A stretch of 64,000 bases of DNA. Origin: Eledone cirrhosa. Taxonomy: Eukaryota. Positions 19,013 to 31,727 of this stretch are shown here, piece after piece (position 1 is the stretch's first letter; every line of letters begins with the position of its first letter). The stretch covers positions 1,556 to 65,555 of the forward strand of contig CAXHJY010000125.1 of the NCBI GenBank assembly GCA_964016885.1, in the 5' to 3' direction. The notes beneath the pieces are model-generated. The model saw only the letters and a program-made list of their open reading frames with translations. It did not search any database and was not told where the DNA came from. A program made the position numbers and the translations under genes.

Positions 19013-19543
19013 CATCATCATCATCGTTTAACGTCCATATTCCACGCTTGCATGGGTTTGGACTGGGGTTTTCCCACTTGAGGCAAGAGTGGTTGTCTTG
19101 CTCGCATAGGACTGTCTGGCGGGTTTTTCTAAGGCTGGATGCCCTTCCTAACACCAACCACATTTACAGTGTGGAATTGGGAGGTTTTTACCATGTTGCC
19201 TACATGACCACATTACAGCGTGGACTGTGTGTTTTTTGTCGTGACACCTACACAACCTCATTTGTTTCGGGCTGGATGTTATGACACCAACATAACTTTA
19301 CATTGAAGGCGTGGTGTGGATGGGGTGGGGGTAGTGTTTATATACAGTATTTTGTTAGAGGTGCCTACTGACTGTAGTAGGTTTCACTTTGTACTTAGGT
19401 AAGGTGGGTCTACTCTATTACTGTGTAGCGCCAAAGCTCTCGGTCCAGTGACATTGCCTTGGAGAGGTGTAAGTGTGTGAGGTCAGAATTTATCAAGTCG
19501 TCCCAGGTTTTTCTGGGTCTGCCTACTCCGTGGCTACCGTCTA
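19013..19543 (-). mobile_element. RTE-clade LINE 3' fragment, tail-to-tail with the previous copy
   Basis: Diverged reverse complement of 18330-18850; (GAT)n tail at 19013-19026. Confidence 0.85.
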
Positions 19544-19844
19544 TATATAAATGTATATATATACAGAATATGAACCTGAAGATTTACTGTGTTTACTTCT
19601 ACACATATTAATATTATAATGCTCAGCATTTATACTTTGAGTTTGTTAATTGCAGGGTATCTATATGAGTTAATAACTCTATATTTTATTTGTATTTCGG
19701 CTCCATATCTGTTGACCTTATAAAAATGAGTGTAAATAGGCTATTATTTCTAGCATAACCACTAGCACCGCATGTTACTTTCAACGCACGACGTGTAAAC
19801 TTTAGTGATTTTCTTGTTATAGGTGTTGTGTATCATTTAATCTT

Positions 19845-19936
19845 ATCTCTCATTGACAAAATGCCTATGGATTACTTGTTACAAACACGATTTATTCAGG
19901 GCGAAACAGATTAAATCTTTAGTCTGTCCGGGAGAT
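19845..19936 (+). ncRNA. Variant or degenerate hammerhead (TTGACAA core, U3-A8 type, plus 3 extra nt)
   Basis: ATCTCTC/GGGAGAT stem I, GCCT..GGGC stem II, GAAA, CAGATTAAA(TC)TTTAGTCTG stem III, GTC site. Confidence 0.55.
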
Positions 19937-19984
19937 GAAATTGTTATTGATATGGTATGTATGAAAAATATTATAAGAAATCTT

Positions 19985-20255
19985 TGTGGGTATGGTGTGG
20001 CGTGCGGGGGGGGGGGAGTGCTCGACCGGAAGGGGTTTTTGAGTGCTCGACCGGAAGGGGTCTTTGACCGGAAGGATGCTCGACCGGAAGGGCCAGGAGA
20101 GGGCCTCTCTCTAGTGGTGACCAGCATACGGCGAGGACGCGTTTTGGGCAGCTCCCGGTTTTAAGCAGTCGGACGCACGTGGAAGAGGAGTACCTGCAGT
20201 GGAATTAAGCGGCGCCTGTGAAAAGCGATAAGTGAGATAGCTTTTTCTAACCACA
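19985..20255 (+). repeat. 5' LTR (271 bp; internal TGCTCGACCGGAAGG repeats)
   Basis: Near-identical to 23926-24193. Confidence 0.95.
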
Positions 20256-20325
20256 AGCTATTTCGGCGACTGAAAAAAAAAAAAAAAAAAGAAAAGAAAA
20301 CACTTGCCGCAAAACAAATCAGAAG

Positions 20326-21087
20326 ATGGCGACAAGACTACGGATGAACGAAGTTATCAGGCCATTCACCGGGGAAGGTGATGTTGTCGCTTGGCTGCGG
20401 AAGGTTCGGCTGGTCGCGGGCTTGCAGAAGATAGAAGACGTGGCCGGTCTCATTGCATTGTACCTCGAGGGCGACGCGTTGGTACTCTTCCTTGAGTTGG
20501 ACGAGCACAGCCAAAGAGATGTGCAGAAGATTGAGAGGCGTCTGATGGATGCATTCGCCGAGGGACCGTTGGCGGGCTTTTGCTAAGCTGGCGAGAATCA
20601 GGTGGAATGGTGAGCGCGTCGACATTTTCGCAGCGGAAATAAGGCGGTTGGCTATGTTGGCGGCTACCAGGCAGAATGCGAACGCACGGTGCGGTTGGCA
20701 TTCATCAATGGATTTCCGGACGACATAGCGGTGAAACTGCAGCAGGTCCCGGGGTACAAGGAGATGGAAATGCGTTCACTGGTGGAACAAGCCCGGATCA
20801 TAGCGGAAGATGCCAAAAAGAGTGTCGCGGCGATAGCGACTACGGAGGCTCAGGACACCTGGCAGCGAAATGGTCAAAGGGAAGCAACCTCGGCACGCGG
20901 CCGTTCGCGAGAATTTAAGGGCCGCTGTTTTAGGTGTAACGGCCCTCATATGGCTAGGGACTGTAGAGAGTCGAAGCCGGATATAATTTGCTACCGGTGT
21001 AAGCGACCAGGCCACATCGCTACTAACTGCGACCAGGGAAACGGTCCAAGGGGAACTACTGCGCCGGTAGTTACCCCTTACGAGTAG
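20326..21087 (+). pseudogene. gag: gag with two CCHC knuckles, frameshifted near 20575 and 20662
   Basis: IRPFTGEGDVVAWL...; CFRCNGPHMARDC and CYRCKRPGHIATNC; indels break the frame. Confidence 0.85.
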
Positions 21088-21093
21088 CGGCGC
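21036..21093 (+). promoter_or_regulatory. -1 programmed ribosomal frameshift signal (G GGA AAC + H-type pseudoknot)
   Basis: Heptamer in gag frame 21036-21042; 7-nt spacer; stem 1 GGGGAACTAC/GTAGTTACCCC; loop GCGCCG pairs CGGCGC 21088-21093; the -1 frame is open into pol. Confidence 0.85.
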
Positions 21094-21098
21094 TGCCC

Positions 21099-23912
21099 GT
21101 GGTGGAAGTCTTCGTGAGGGGGAAGCCACAGCGAGCCCTCGTGGATACGGGCTGTACGACGACACTGGTGACCGCGGGGGTGGCGCAGAGGTGGGGAGGG
21201 AAGAGCAGCGTAAGGGTAGTCGACGGCAGGAAAATTGAATGCCGAGGTCGCAGCGAGATGGAAATAGCGGTACGGGGAAGGACGATAAGGCTTTCCGCCA
21301 TCGTGGTAGACAGTGTGGTGGATGGGATCGGCGTGGTTATGGGCATGGACGCGATTGGCCGTCTAGGGGGCGTCACGGTGAACAATGTCGGTGTGTCGTT
21401 TGGCGCCGCTGCATCGGTATGCGCTGTGAGTGCACGTCATGAGAACCGGAAGGCCCGCGAGGAGCAATACCCCGCTTACACTGTACAGGACAAGGACTTC
21501 AAGGCCGTGTTTGATGGGCAGCGATGGGTTGTTGAGTGGTACTGGAAGGGAGAACCACCAACACTGAAGACCAAAGTGGGCTGCTATCAACACACATTGA
21601 AGGGAAACGCTAGGGGCGAGTTCGAGCGAGAAGTAGAGAGATGGATCGAAGAGGGCATACTGCTTCCCTGGAAGGAGGAGGTGAAGTGCGGAGTATTGCC
21701 GTTGATGGCGGTGGTGCAACCCACGAAGAGCAAGGTGAGGCCGGTGCTGGACTATCGAGAGCTGAACGAGCACGTGTCATGCCACACGGGTGGCGAGGTC
21801 ACAGATGTCTGTGGGGAAACCCTGCGTGAGTGGAGACGCATGACGGGGGGTTCAGCGATCGTGGATCTAAAGTCGGCTTACTTGCAGTTGCATATAGATG
21901 AGAAGCTCTGGCGGTATCAGCTGGTTAGGTATAAGGGCCGGACATATTGCCTGACCAGGCTCGGTTTCGGGCTGAGCTCCGCACCGAAGATCATGGCGGC
22001 GGTCCTCAAGACCGCGCTGGGGAGGGCCGACAAGATAAAGAGGGCTACTAACTCCTACATTGACGACATCCTAGTGGACGAGTCGGTGGTGTCGACGGCG
22101 GAGGTCACGAGCCATTTGCGGAGGTATGGACTGACTGCGAAGCCATCAGAAGCATTGGAGGGAGGAGCCGCGCTGGGACTTAGGCTACGGCGAGATAAGA
22201 CGGGCGTTTTGGTGTTCCAGAGGGGAAACGAAGTTCCGGAACTGAGCCCAAGTATGAATAGGCGGGAGCTTTTCTCGGTGTGTGGAAAGCTGGTGGGTCA
22301 CTACCCGATCGCTGGGTGGCTCCGGACGGCATGCAGCTATGTCAAGAGACGAGCGGGAGGGGTGACTTGGAGTGACAGAGTGGGAGAGAGAATGGTGGCC
22401 ATGATGCAGGAGATCGTGGGGAGGGTGAAGGCTGACGACCCAGTGCGGGGACGCTGGTATGTTCCCAAATCACGGAGCGGGACCGTATGGTGCGATGCCA
22501 GCAGAATAGCGCTGGGTGTCACGTTGGAGATAGGAGGTGTTGAGGTCGAGGATGCAGCCTGGATTAGAAAGAAGGACGACTGCAGCCACATCAATGTGGC
22601 CGAGCTGGACGCGGTGTTGAGAGGGGTGAACCTCGCCCTGCGGTGGGGGCTGCGCACCATCGAGATACGCACCGACTCGGCTACCGTACTCGGATGGGTA
22701 AGATCAGTGCTCACCAGTGAGAAGAGAGTGCGAACGAGAGGCGCGGCGGAGATGCTGATAAAGCGCCGCCTGGGAACGTTAGGAGAGCTGGCCACCGAGT
22801 TCGACCTGAAGCTGAGCGTAGTGTTCGTGCCTTCAGAGAAAAATAGGGCGGACATCTTAACTAGAGTGAAGAAAGCCTGGATGGAAGCGCCGGAGGAGGT
22901 AGAGGATGAGATAGCTGCCGTGTGTCGGCTGACCGAGTTAGACCTGAAGGGGTTGCATGACATGCACCACATGGGGGTGGATAGGAGCCTGTTCCTAGCC
23001 AGGAGAATCGACTCGGACGTTAGCAGACACAGTGTTCGGGGGGTCGTTAGAGGCTGCGTCCGATGTCAGTCCATTGATCCCGCCCCGGGTGTACACGAAA
23101 CGGGAAGCCTCCCGGTGGATCGCGACTGGAAGCGATTAGCGGTGGATGTGACGCACTACCGGCAGAGAACGTACCTCTCGATGGTCGACTGTGGACCAGG
23201 TCGAGTGGCGATATGGAGGGAGATGAAGACCGGAACGGCCGAGGAAATCGTGCGGACGTTGAGAGAGGTGTTCTTGGAGCGGGGCCCTGTGGATGAACTG
23301 CTGATGGACAACAGCGCAGCGTTCCGCTCGGAGGCACTGAGGGGGATGCTCGAGGGATGGAAGGTGGACCGTTTCTTCAGAGCGGCGCACAGGCCGAGCG
23401 GAAATAGAATCGTGGAGCGACACCACCGGACGATCAAGGCAATGGCGGAGCGGGGCCATATCTCACCAATGGAGGCAGTGTTCTGGTACAATATGTCCCC
23501 TCGGGTTGGACAGGTCGAGGAATCGGTGCCACACAGAGCAGTATTCAAATACGAGTGGCGGCACCCGTGCACCCCACCACAACGGCCAGTGGGGAGAGAG
23601 AGTGCATTCGTGCAGGTGGGCGAAGAAGTCTGGGTTAAGCCCCCAGATGCACGGTGCACATCTCAATGGGGAAGGGGAACGGTGACGGCCGTAAATTCAA
23701 AGAACAATGTGTCCGTGGACGGGGTACCACGTCATGTCCTGGATGTAAGAAGAATCACTGTATCGACGGACTCCGAGGAAGAGGAAACCCAAGATGAGGT
23801 GGAAACCCAGAGCCCTGCCCCAATACTACGAAGATCGCAACGGAGTCGTAGACCACCGACCTGGACGGCAGACTTTCATATGCAGAGGGACGAGGGGGAA
23901 ATTGATCCTTGA
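21099..23912 (+). CDS. pol: pol: protease, RT, RNase H, integrase (intact)
   Basis: ALVDTG, VLDYRELN, YIDD, CDAS/AELDA/TDS, HH-CC, DVT...DN...VERHHRT. Confidence 0.95.
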   Translation: MVEVFVRGKPQRALVDTGCTTTLVTAGVAQRWGGKSSVRVVDGRKIECRGRSEMEIAVRGRTIRLSAIVVDSVVDGIGVVMGMDAIGRLGGVTVNNVGVSFGAAASVCAVSARHENRKAREEQYPAYTVQDKDFKAVFDGQRWVVEWYWKGEPPTLKTKVGCYQHTLKGNARGEFEREVERWIEEGILLPWKEEVKCGVLPLMAVVQPTKSKVRPVLDYRELNEHVSCHTGGEVTDVCGETLREWRRMTGGSAIVDLKSAYLQLHIDEKLWRYQLVRYKGRTYCLTRLGFGLSSAPKIMAAVLKTALGRADKIKRATNSYIDDILVDESVVSTAEVTSHLRRYGLTAKPSEALEGGAALGLRLRRDKTGVLVFQRGNEVPELSPSMNRRELFSVCGKLVGHYPIAGWLRTACSYVKRRAGGVTWSDRVGERMVAMMQEIVGRVKADDPVRGRWYVPKSRSGTVWCDASRIALGVTLEIGGVEVEDAAWIRKKDDCSHINVAELDAVLRGVNLALRWGLRTIEIRTDSATVLGWVRSVLTSEKRVRTRGAAEMLIKRRLGTLGELATEFDLKLSVVFVPSEKNRADILTRVKKAWMEAPEEVEDEIAAVCRLTELDLKGLHDMHHMGVDRSLFLARRIDSDVSRHSVRGVVRGCVRCQSIDPAPGVHETGSLPVDRDWKRLAVDVTHYRQRTYLSMVDCGPGRVAIWREMKTGTAEEIVRTLREVFLERGPVDELLMDNSAAFRSEALRGMLEGWKVDRFFRAAHRPSGNRIVERHHRTIKAMAERGHISPMEAVFWYNMSPRVGQVEESVPHRAVFKYEWRHPCTPPQRPVGRESAFVQVGEEVWVKPPDARCTSQWGRGTVTAVNSKNNVSVDGVPRHVLDVRRITVSTDSEEEETQDEVETQSPAPILRRSQRSRRPPTWTADFHMQRDEGEIDP

Positions 23913-23925
23913 GATCAGGGTGGCG

Positions 23926-24193
23926 TGTGGGTATGGTGTGGCGTGCGGGGGGGGGGTGCTCGACCGGAAGGGGTTTTTTAGTGCTCGACCGGAAGGGGTC
24001 TTTGACCGGAAGGATGCTCGACCGGAAGGGCCAGGAGAGGGCCTCTCTCTAGTGGTGACCAGCATACGGTGAGGACGCGTTTTGGGCAGCTCCCGGTTTT
24101 AAGCAGTCGGACGCACGTGGAAGAGGAGTACCTGCAGTGGAATTTAGCGGCGCCTGTGAAAAGCGGTAAGTGAGATAGCTTTTTCTAACCACA
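23926..24193 (+). repeat. 3' LTR, preceded by a purine-rich tract
   Basis: Repeat of the 5' LTR with a few substitutions and indels. Confidence 0.95.
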
Positions 24194-24314
24194 ATCTTGT
24201 AACATCCCATATGATTCAGGTTAAATTATATGTAACATTTGTGGTGTAATCTACCCTTGTAATTTTAGACACAGGATTTACTGTGTTTTCTTCTACACAT
24301 ATTAATATTATAAT

Positions 24315-24401
24315 TGTTTCTACTTTAGGCACAAGGCCAGCAATTACCCAGTACATTACTGGTACTTTATTTTATCGACCCCGTAAGGATGAAAGACAAA
24401 G
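24315..24401 (-). mobile_element. 5'-truncated tRNA-SINE, TSD TTATAAT
   Basis: Same family as 63716-63917; the empty site is visible at ~19608-19625. Confidence 0.85.
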
Positions 24402-24504
24402 TTATAATGCTCAGTATTTATACTTTGAGCTTGTTAATTGCAGGGTATCTATATGGGTTAATAACTCTATATTTTATTTGTATAAATATATATATATATA
24501 TATA

Positions 24505-25590
24505 GTGATGAAGCATAAGTCAATTGCATGAACTCAATCCTTTATTTACTGCTATATATATTTCGATGATAGCCATTGAGTGGCTATGACCTCATCAGGC
24601 AGTTAGTCAGTTCTTAGATATTCCAGCTCTGTGTTTATAGTGTTGATTGTATCAGAGCCTTGGGACATATGAGCTTGTTAGGAATAATTTAATGTTGTCA
24701 GCAGGAATAATCTTAATTCACATTGGTCAGTTTGTAGATGCTAGTAGGGTTGGTATTTGACCTCACAGAGGCAGGTGGTGTTGTAAAGTTCAAACCATCA
24801 GGCAAGATGACAATAGTTCCATATGACTGATTTTCACAAAAAGCATTCCTGGTCAGATATATATTCAATTGGGTTTATAGTATGAAATTCGATACTACAG
24901 GTCAATCTTAAATTGAGGAATTTATGTAGGGTGGTACTACTGAAAATTATGGTTAGAGTAGAATACTAGAAAATTTACATATAAAAAGACTTATGTTGGT
25001 TGACTTGTACATACACTCACACCCACCCCCACAGACACACACACACAGCCACACATACAAATTGAGGAATTTATGTGGGGTGATGATACTGAAAATTATG
25101 GTAAGAGTCAAATACTTAGAGAGTTTAGAAATAAAAAGACCTATGTTGGTTGACTTGTGCATACACTCACACCTACCTCCTCAGACACACACACACATCT
25201 ACACACACAAATCCATACAGGTGTGTATATATATATATGTACGCACAAGTGCATATATATATACAACAGAGGCGCCCAAATCCAAGTATAAGGCAGACAT
25301 AAAACTAGGTGGGTGTTATTTTTAAAGAGAAGTAAAGTGGGTGTTTGGAAAAGTTTTTGTTTAGACTAGACAAAGTAGAGTGTGATATATATCTTCACAG
25401 CAATAGCTTTGGAGCATAGGCGAATCTCTTAGTACAGATACACATACCCAGCCACACTTTTATACCTCTGGATGCGCGTGTATGTCTATATACACATGTG
25501 CACTCATACAAGAGAGCATACACAAATATACTCCTAAGCATACACTTGAACATTTTTCAAATGCAACCTGGAGTATTAGTAAATATCGTG
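24505..25590 (-). mobile_element. Probable PLE 3'-end fragment with an internal ~150-bp tandem duplication (24910-25200)
   Basis: HHR ~45 bp from a (TA)n junction; no ORF; boundaries approximate. Confidence 0.5.
24548..24603 (-). ncRNA. Type I hammerhead
   Basis: ACTGC-CTGATGA-GGTCATAGCCA(CTCAA)TGGCTATCATC-GAAA-TATATA-TA-GCAGT. Confidence 0.85.
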
Positions 25591-25594
25591 TAAA

Positions 25595-26346
25595 TATCGT
25601 GTCTATAGTCTGCCTTTCATAGGTTATAGATTCCATACACTGGTGGTTTGTTTTTTTCCCTGTTTTATTGGTAGCGCACTGTATATCTCTCTCTGGTGTG
25701 TTACCTTTTCAACATATTGTATTTTAAAGAGCTCAGGATTTCTCCTCCTTTGAGCACATTATTTACAGGGAATGGCGAGGGCCTATGCCTTCGTTAATTT
25801 ATCGTGATATTTCGCTCCTTATAACAGTCTTTCCTGTCTCTCTGTTTGGTTGAGCACACTTCTCTGAGTGGTTTGGGGCTGCCCTTTCTAGCAGTTCGTC
25901 CCTCAGAGGCCACTGGTTCACTGCCCTTAAACACGCTGTGACTTCTCTCTCCCACGAGTAGCTGAACAGTCACTTTTAAAATTCTCTTAGTGTTGTCTGA
26001 AATGTATAGCCTTACACACGCTGATGAACCGAGGTTAATACATTTCTTTCAACAAATTGCTGGCGAAACATATCTTTGGATTTGTACGTGTGTTATATAG
26101 TTATACAGGTATTTATTTACGCTTTAATTTATATTTTTAATTATCGTGTCTATAGTCTGCCTTTCATAGGTTATAGATTCCGTACACTGGTGGTTTTTTC
26201 CCCCTGTTTTATTGATAGCGCACTGTATATCTCTCTCTGGTGTGTTACCTTTTCAACATATTGTATTTTAAAGAGCTCGGGATTTCTCCTCCTTTGAGCA
26301 CATTATTTACAGGGAATAGCGAGGGCCTATTGCTCCGTTAATTTAT

Positions 26347-26354
<8 letters not shown>
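25595..26354 (+). mobile_element. Retrozyme-like element (547-bp period, ~1.4 copies) ending in (TA)n
   Basis: 25595-25810 repeated at 26142-26354; HHR in the unique part; non-coding. Confidence 0.7.
26014..26093 (+). ncRNA. Type I hammerhead
   Basis: ACACACG-CTGATGA-ACCG..TGGC-GAAA-CATATC(TTTG)GATTTG-TA-CGTGTGT. Confidence 0.8.
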
Positions 26355-26392
<38 letters not shown>

Positions 26393-26517
26393 GTATATAT
26401 ATATATATATATAAATGTATATATATATATATATATAAATGTATATATATATATATATATATAAATGTATATATATATATATATATAAATGTATATATAT
26501 ATATATATATATAAATG

Positions 26518-26558
<41 letters not shown>

Positions 26559-26676
26559 GTATATATATATATATATATAAATGTATATATATATATATAT
26601 ATAAATGTATATATATATATATATATAAATGTATATATATATATATATATAAATGTATATATATATATATATATAA

Positions 26677-26758
<82 letters not shown>

Positions 26759-26778
26759 GTATATATATATATATATAT
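26351..26778. repeat. (TA)n array interrupted by AATG
   Basis: Direct reading. Confidence 0.95.
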
Positions 26779-27257
26779 TGGTAAACGGAATAGAAAATGC
26801 TGACAAATTGTTCACAGTTGAAAAATGGTTTAATTAGGAATAAAAGAGTATTAGTGATTGTATGGGTTAGTATTCAGTTGTGGTTTAAAGTTTTTAAGTT
26901 TTTACCGGTTGCGCATTTCTAAATGCTTTTCAAAAATAATTTTGAGATAGAGTGTCCGTGCTGTTTGCTCTGATCTGATTAGTTTTGGGAATTCTACCTG
27001 TTTTTATGTTAAAAAAATGGCTCCAGCGTTATTTTTGTGTTGCAAAAATGCTTGTGGTCAAAACAATTTTGATTGGTCGGTAGAGGTCATGTGAATGTAA
27101 AAAGTTGATTTTGCGCCAAGACTGTTTTTATGTTAAAATGTTAGAAAAGTGGCTCCAGCAAAAATTATGGTCAAAACAATTTTGATTGGTCGGTAGAGGT
27201 CATGTGGATAAAAAATTGGTTTTGCGCCAAGATTGAGAAATGACTCTTTCACAACAA

Positions 27258-27325
<68 letters not shown>

Positions 27326-27713
27326 TAGTAGTAGTAAGGTGTTCGATGCTGCGACAATAGCCACCAGCGATGTGTGTCAAATGGCTATTAAGATAAGTGT
27401 GTGTGTGTGTGTGTGTGTGTGCGTACATACACACAGCAGAGTCATTCGAAGGTCAAAAGATATTTTTCAGCTTTTGTCTTATACGGAGAAGTGCGTGTGT
27501 GTGTGTGTGTATAAGTCTCTTTGTATGTTGATGTACGCGTGTGTATGTGTTTGTGTATATATGTGTGTGTGTGTGTGTGTGCGTGTGTGGGTGGACCAGT
27601 ATTTTTTTCCCCCCTGGTAAAATGGTGTACATTATTCGATTTTTTCAGTAAAATCGGTTCTCTTAATAGAACATCAACAATCTTAACAATAAAAGGTGTG
27701 AAATGATATTCAC

Positions 27714-27762
<49 letters not shown>

Positions 27763-27765
27763 TTT

Positions 27766-27802
<37 letters not shown>

Positions 27803-29128
27803 TACATACATATATATGCACATATATTTTTTGTATTGCACCATAGAGCATGTGTGTTTACGTGTGTCATTGTGTTTATATGTGGGTAGAGATGTGTGCT
27901 GATGTAGGTATGTATGTTGACGTGTGTATGTTGTGGGTTCGTCTTAGGGAGAAGTGTTTAGACGGGGTCCGTATTTGTTAATGAAGTAAGATTCCTTGCT
28001 GATGCGCTGGGTGTGGGTGGCATTATCTTTAAATTTGTAGAGGGGAAAGATTCTGAAGTTGGGATGATTTTGGGCGGCGCAGGTATCAATGTGTTCACTC
28101 AGTGGTATTTTCCTGTATTCCCGTATTTTAATTTGGGATCTATGGACAGTCATGCGTTGGCGGAGGCTGTTTTTGGTCTGGCCTATGTATTGTTCTCGAC
28201 AACCTGAACAAGTTAATACATATATTAAATTTTCCGATGCACATGTGAAATTGTGTTTTACTATAAAACGTTGTCCATCTTTGAAATAGAATTCCGAACA
28301 CTCTATTAGGTTGATGCAAATGCCACAGTTGGGTCTATCGCATTTTTTTACTGTGGGTTTCGTTGTTGTGGTTGGCAGTACTTTGGCATGTGTTAAGATG
28401 TTTTTCATTGACTTGGATTGTCTTTTGCTCTTTATGATATCGTGTGTTCGTAGAATTTGGTTCATTCTATGGTCCTTTTTCAATACAGGGATGTTCTGGA
28501 GGATGGTGTCAAAGGCCTCGTTGTTGAGGGGGTTGTGTGTGGAGATGTATGGAAGAGCTTTTAGTTTTGGTTGATTTACTTTAGGGTGTCTAAGGTCCTG
28601 GGTACTGAGTTTTAGGGCACGTTGGATTCCATTGTCAATTAGTGATGCAGGGTAGTCCCTGCCTATGAGTGTGTCCTTTAGTTCTTGTAGCCGTAAGTAG
28701 CAGATGTTTTTATTGGAGACTATAGTACAGATTCTCTTGGCTAAGTTGTAGGGAATATTAATTTTAACGTGTCTAGGGTGGCAAGAGTTGAAGGGGAGGT
28801 ATTGCTTGGAGTCTGTGGGCTTGTAGTATATGTCTGTTTCTATTTTTTTGTTATGGATCTTAATGAGGATGTCGAGGAAGGGGAGTTGTTGATGGCTGTA
28901 TTCCATCGTGAAGTTAATATTTGTGTTGAGCCCATTTATAAGGGTGTGAAATTCTTTAAGTTTTTCGATGTTTTCGTGCCAAAGGATGAAGCAGTCATCA
29001 AGATATCGCTTCCAGTTCCTTTCAATGTGTAAGTGGAGGGTGTTTCCAAATTTGTTTAGGACTTTAGTGTAGAGGGTGATTTCCAGGTATCCCATGACTA
29101 GGTTGGCATACGTAGGGGCTGTTTTCGT
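26778..29128 (-). mobile_element. 5'-truncated Neptune-type PLE with a (CA)n-rich 3' UTR
   Basis: [38 protein letters not shown]...YIGQT; TA on both flanks. Confidence 0.88.
27944..29128 (-). CDS. PLE RT C-half + GIY-YIG (open, 5'-truncated)
   Basis: Non-repetitive C-terminal ~394 aa of the 27944..31042 ORF. Confidence 0.88.
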   Translation of the reverse strand, partial: TKTAPTYANLVMGYLEITLYTKVLNKFGNTLHLHIERNWKRYLDDCFILWHENIEKLKEFHTLINGLNTNINFTMEYSHQQLPFLDILIKIHNKKIETDIYYKPTDSKQYLPFNSCHPRHVKINIPYNLAKRICTIVSNKNICYLRLQELKDTLIGRDYPASLIDNGIQRALKLSTQDLRHPKVNQPKLKALPYISTHNPLNNEAFDTILQNIPVLKKDHRMNQILRTHDIIKSKRQSKSMKNILTHAKVLPTTTTKPTVKKCDRPNCGICINLIECSEFYFKDGQRFIVKHNFTCASENLIYVLTCSGCREQYIGQTKNSLRQRMTVHRSQIKIREYRKIPLSEHIDTCAAQNHPNFRIFPLYKFKDNATHTQRISKESYFINKYGPRLNTSP

Positions 29129-31025
<1,897 letters not shown>

Positions 31026-31212
31026 GTAGATAAATCTTCCAAAATGTACGGTAGTGTCCAATCCGTATGAAGAACTCAATGTCATCCGAATATGATGAAA
31101 AAAATGTATTCAAAAAATTTTTTCGATGAAAAACACAGGAAAACAGAGTCAAGATAATTTAATAAGAATAATGAATAAAAATAAAGAAACAGTTCCTTAT
31201 ATTGAAAAATTC

Positions 31213-31346
31213 ATCATTTTACGATCGTTTCTAGGATATATATGTGTGTGTTGGTATGTATATCATATAGATCTATGTAAAATTTTTACAAACTATCAGA
31301 GGGAATATACATACCTACACATATATATGCTGTCTTCAGAAATAAT
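31213..31346 (-). ncRNA. Hammerhead with a ~100-nt extended stem II
   Basis: ATTATTT-CTGAAGA-CAG..long hairpin..CTA-GAAA-CGATCG-TA-AAATGAT. Confidence 0.7.
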
Positions 31347-31527
31347 TGTTTCTACTTTAGGCACAAGGCCAGCAATTACCCAGTGCATTACTGGTACTTT
31401 ATTTTATCGACCCCGTAAGGATGAAAGGCAAAGTCAACCTCGGCGGGATTTGAACTCAGATCGTAAAGGGATGTAACTATGCTGGAAAGCATGGCGTCCG
31501 ACCCTCTACTGATACAGCCAATCCACC
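31347..31527 (-). mobile_element. tRNA-SINE, 18-bp TSD overlapping the HHR 5' strand
   Basis: A/B boxes; TSD 31329-31346 / 31528-31545. Confidence 0.9.
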
Positions 31528-31545
31528 GCTGTCGTCAGAAATAAT

Positions 31546-31727
31546 TATTTCTACTTTAGGCACAAGGCCAGAAATTACCCAGTGCATTACTGGTACTTTA
31601 TTTTATCGACCCCGTAAGGATGAAAGGCAAAGTCAACCTCGGCGGGATTTGAACTCAGATCGTAAAGGGACATAACTATGCTGGAAAGCATGGCGTCCGA
31701 CTCTCTACCGATACTGCCAATCCACCA
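31546..31727 (-). mobile_element. tRNA-SINE, 15-bp TSD, inserted in the TSD of the previous copy
   Basis: TSD 31531-31545 / 31728-31742. Confidence 0.9.

Larger units (their letters stand above)
19985..24193 (+). mobile_element. Full-length Ty3/Gypsy LTR retrotransposon, 5-bp TSD ATCTT
   Basis: TG...CA LTRs; TSD at 19980-19984 and 24194-24198; gag, then PR-RT-RH-IN. Confidence 0.97.
19581..24483 (+). mobile_element. Retrozyme-like element (480-bp period, ~1.2 copies) disrupted by a Gypsy element and a SINE
   Basis: 19581-19695 repeated at 24275-24483 (the latter split by a SINE). Removing the LTR element and one TSD gives a 480-bp period. It contains a variant HHR and ends in (TA)n. Confidence 0.6.

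Noticed and set aside
19569-19585. TATGAACCTGAAGATT match to the 38534 hammerhead start
   Set aside because: Only ~16 nt with no downstream GAAA or stems; cannot be distinguished from chance or a tiny remnant.
20018-20092. CRISPR-like short repeats (GACCGGAAGG)
   Set aside because: Tandem motif inside both LTRs; eukaryotic context, no spacers or cas genes.
20570-20670. Programmed recoding within gag
   Set aside because: Indels sit in short homopolymers; more likely mutation or sequencing error.
26900-26950. HHR in the Neptune 3' UTR (TTGAAAA...GAAATGCGCAAC, minus strand)
   Set aside because: Palindromic stem III is present, but there is no stem I or II and no NUH site.
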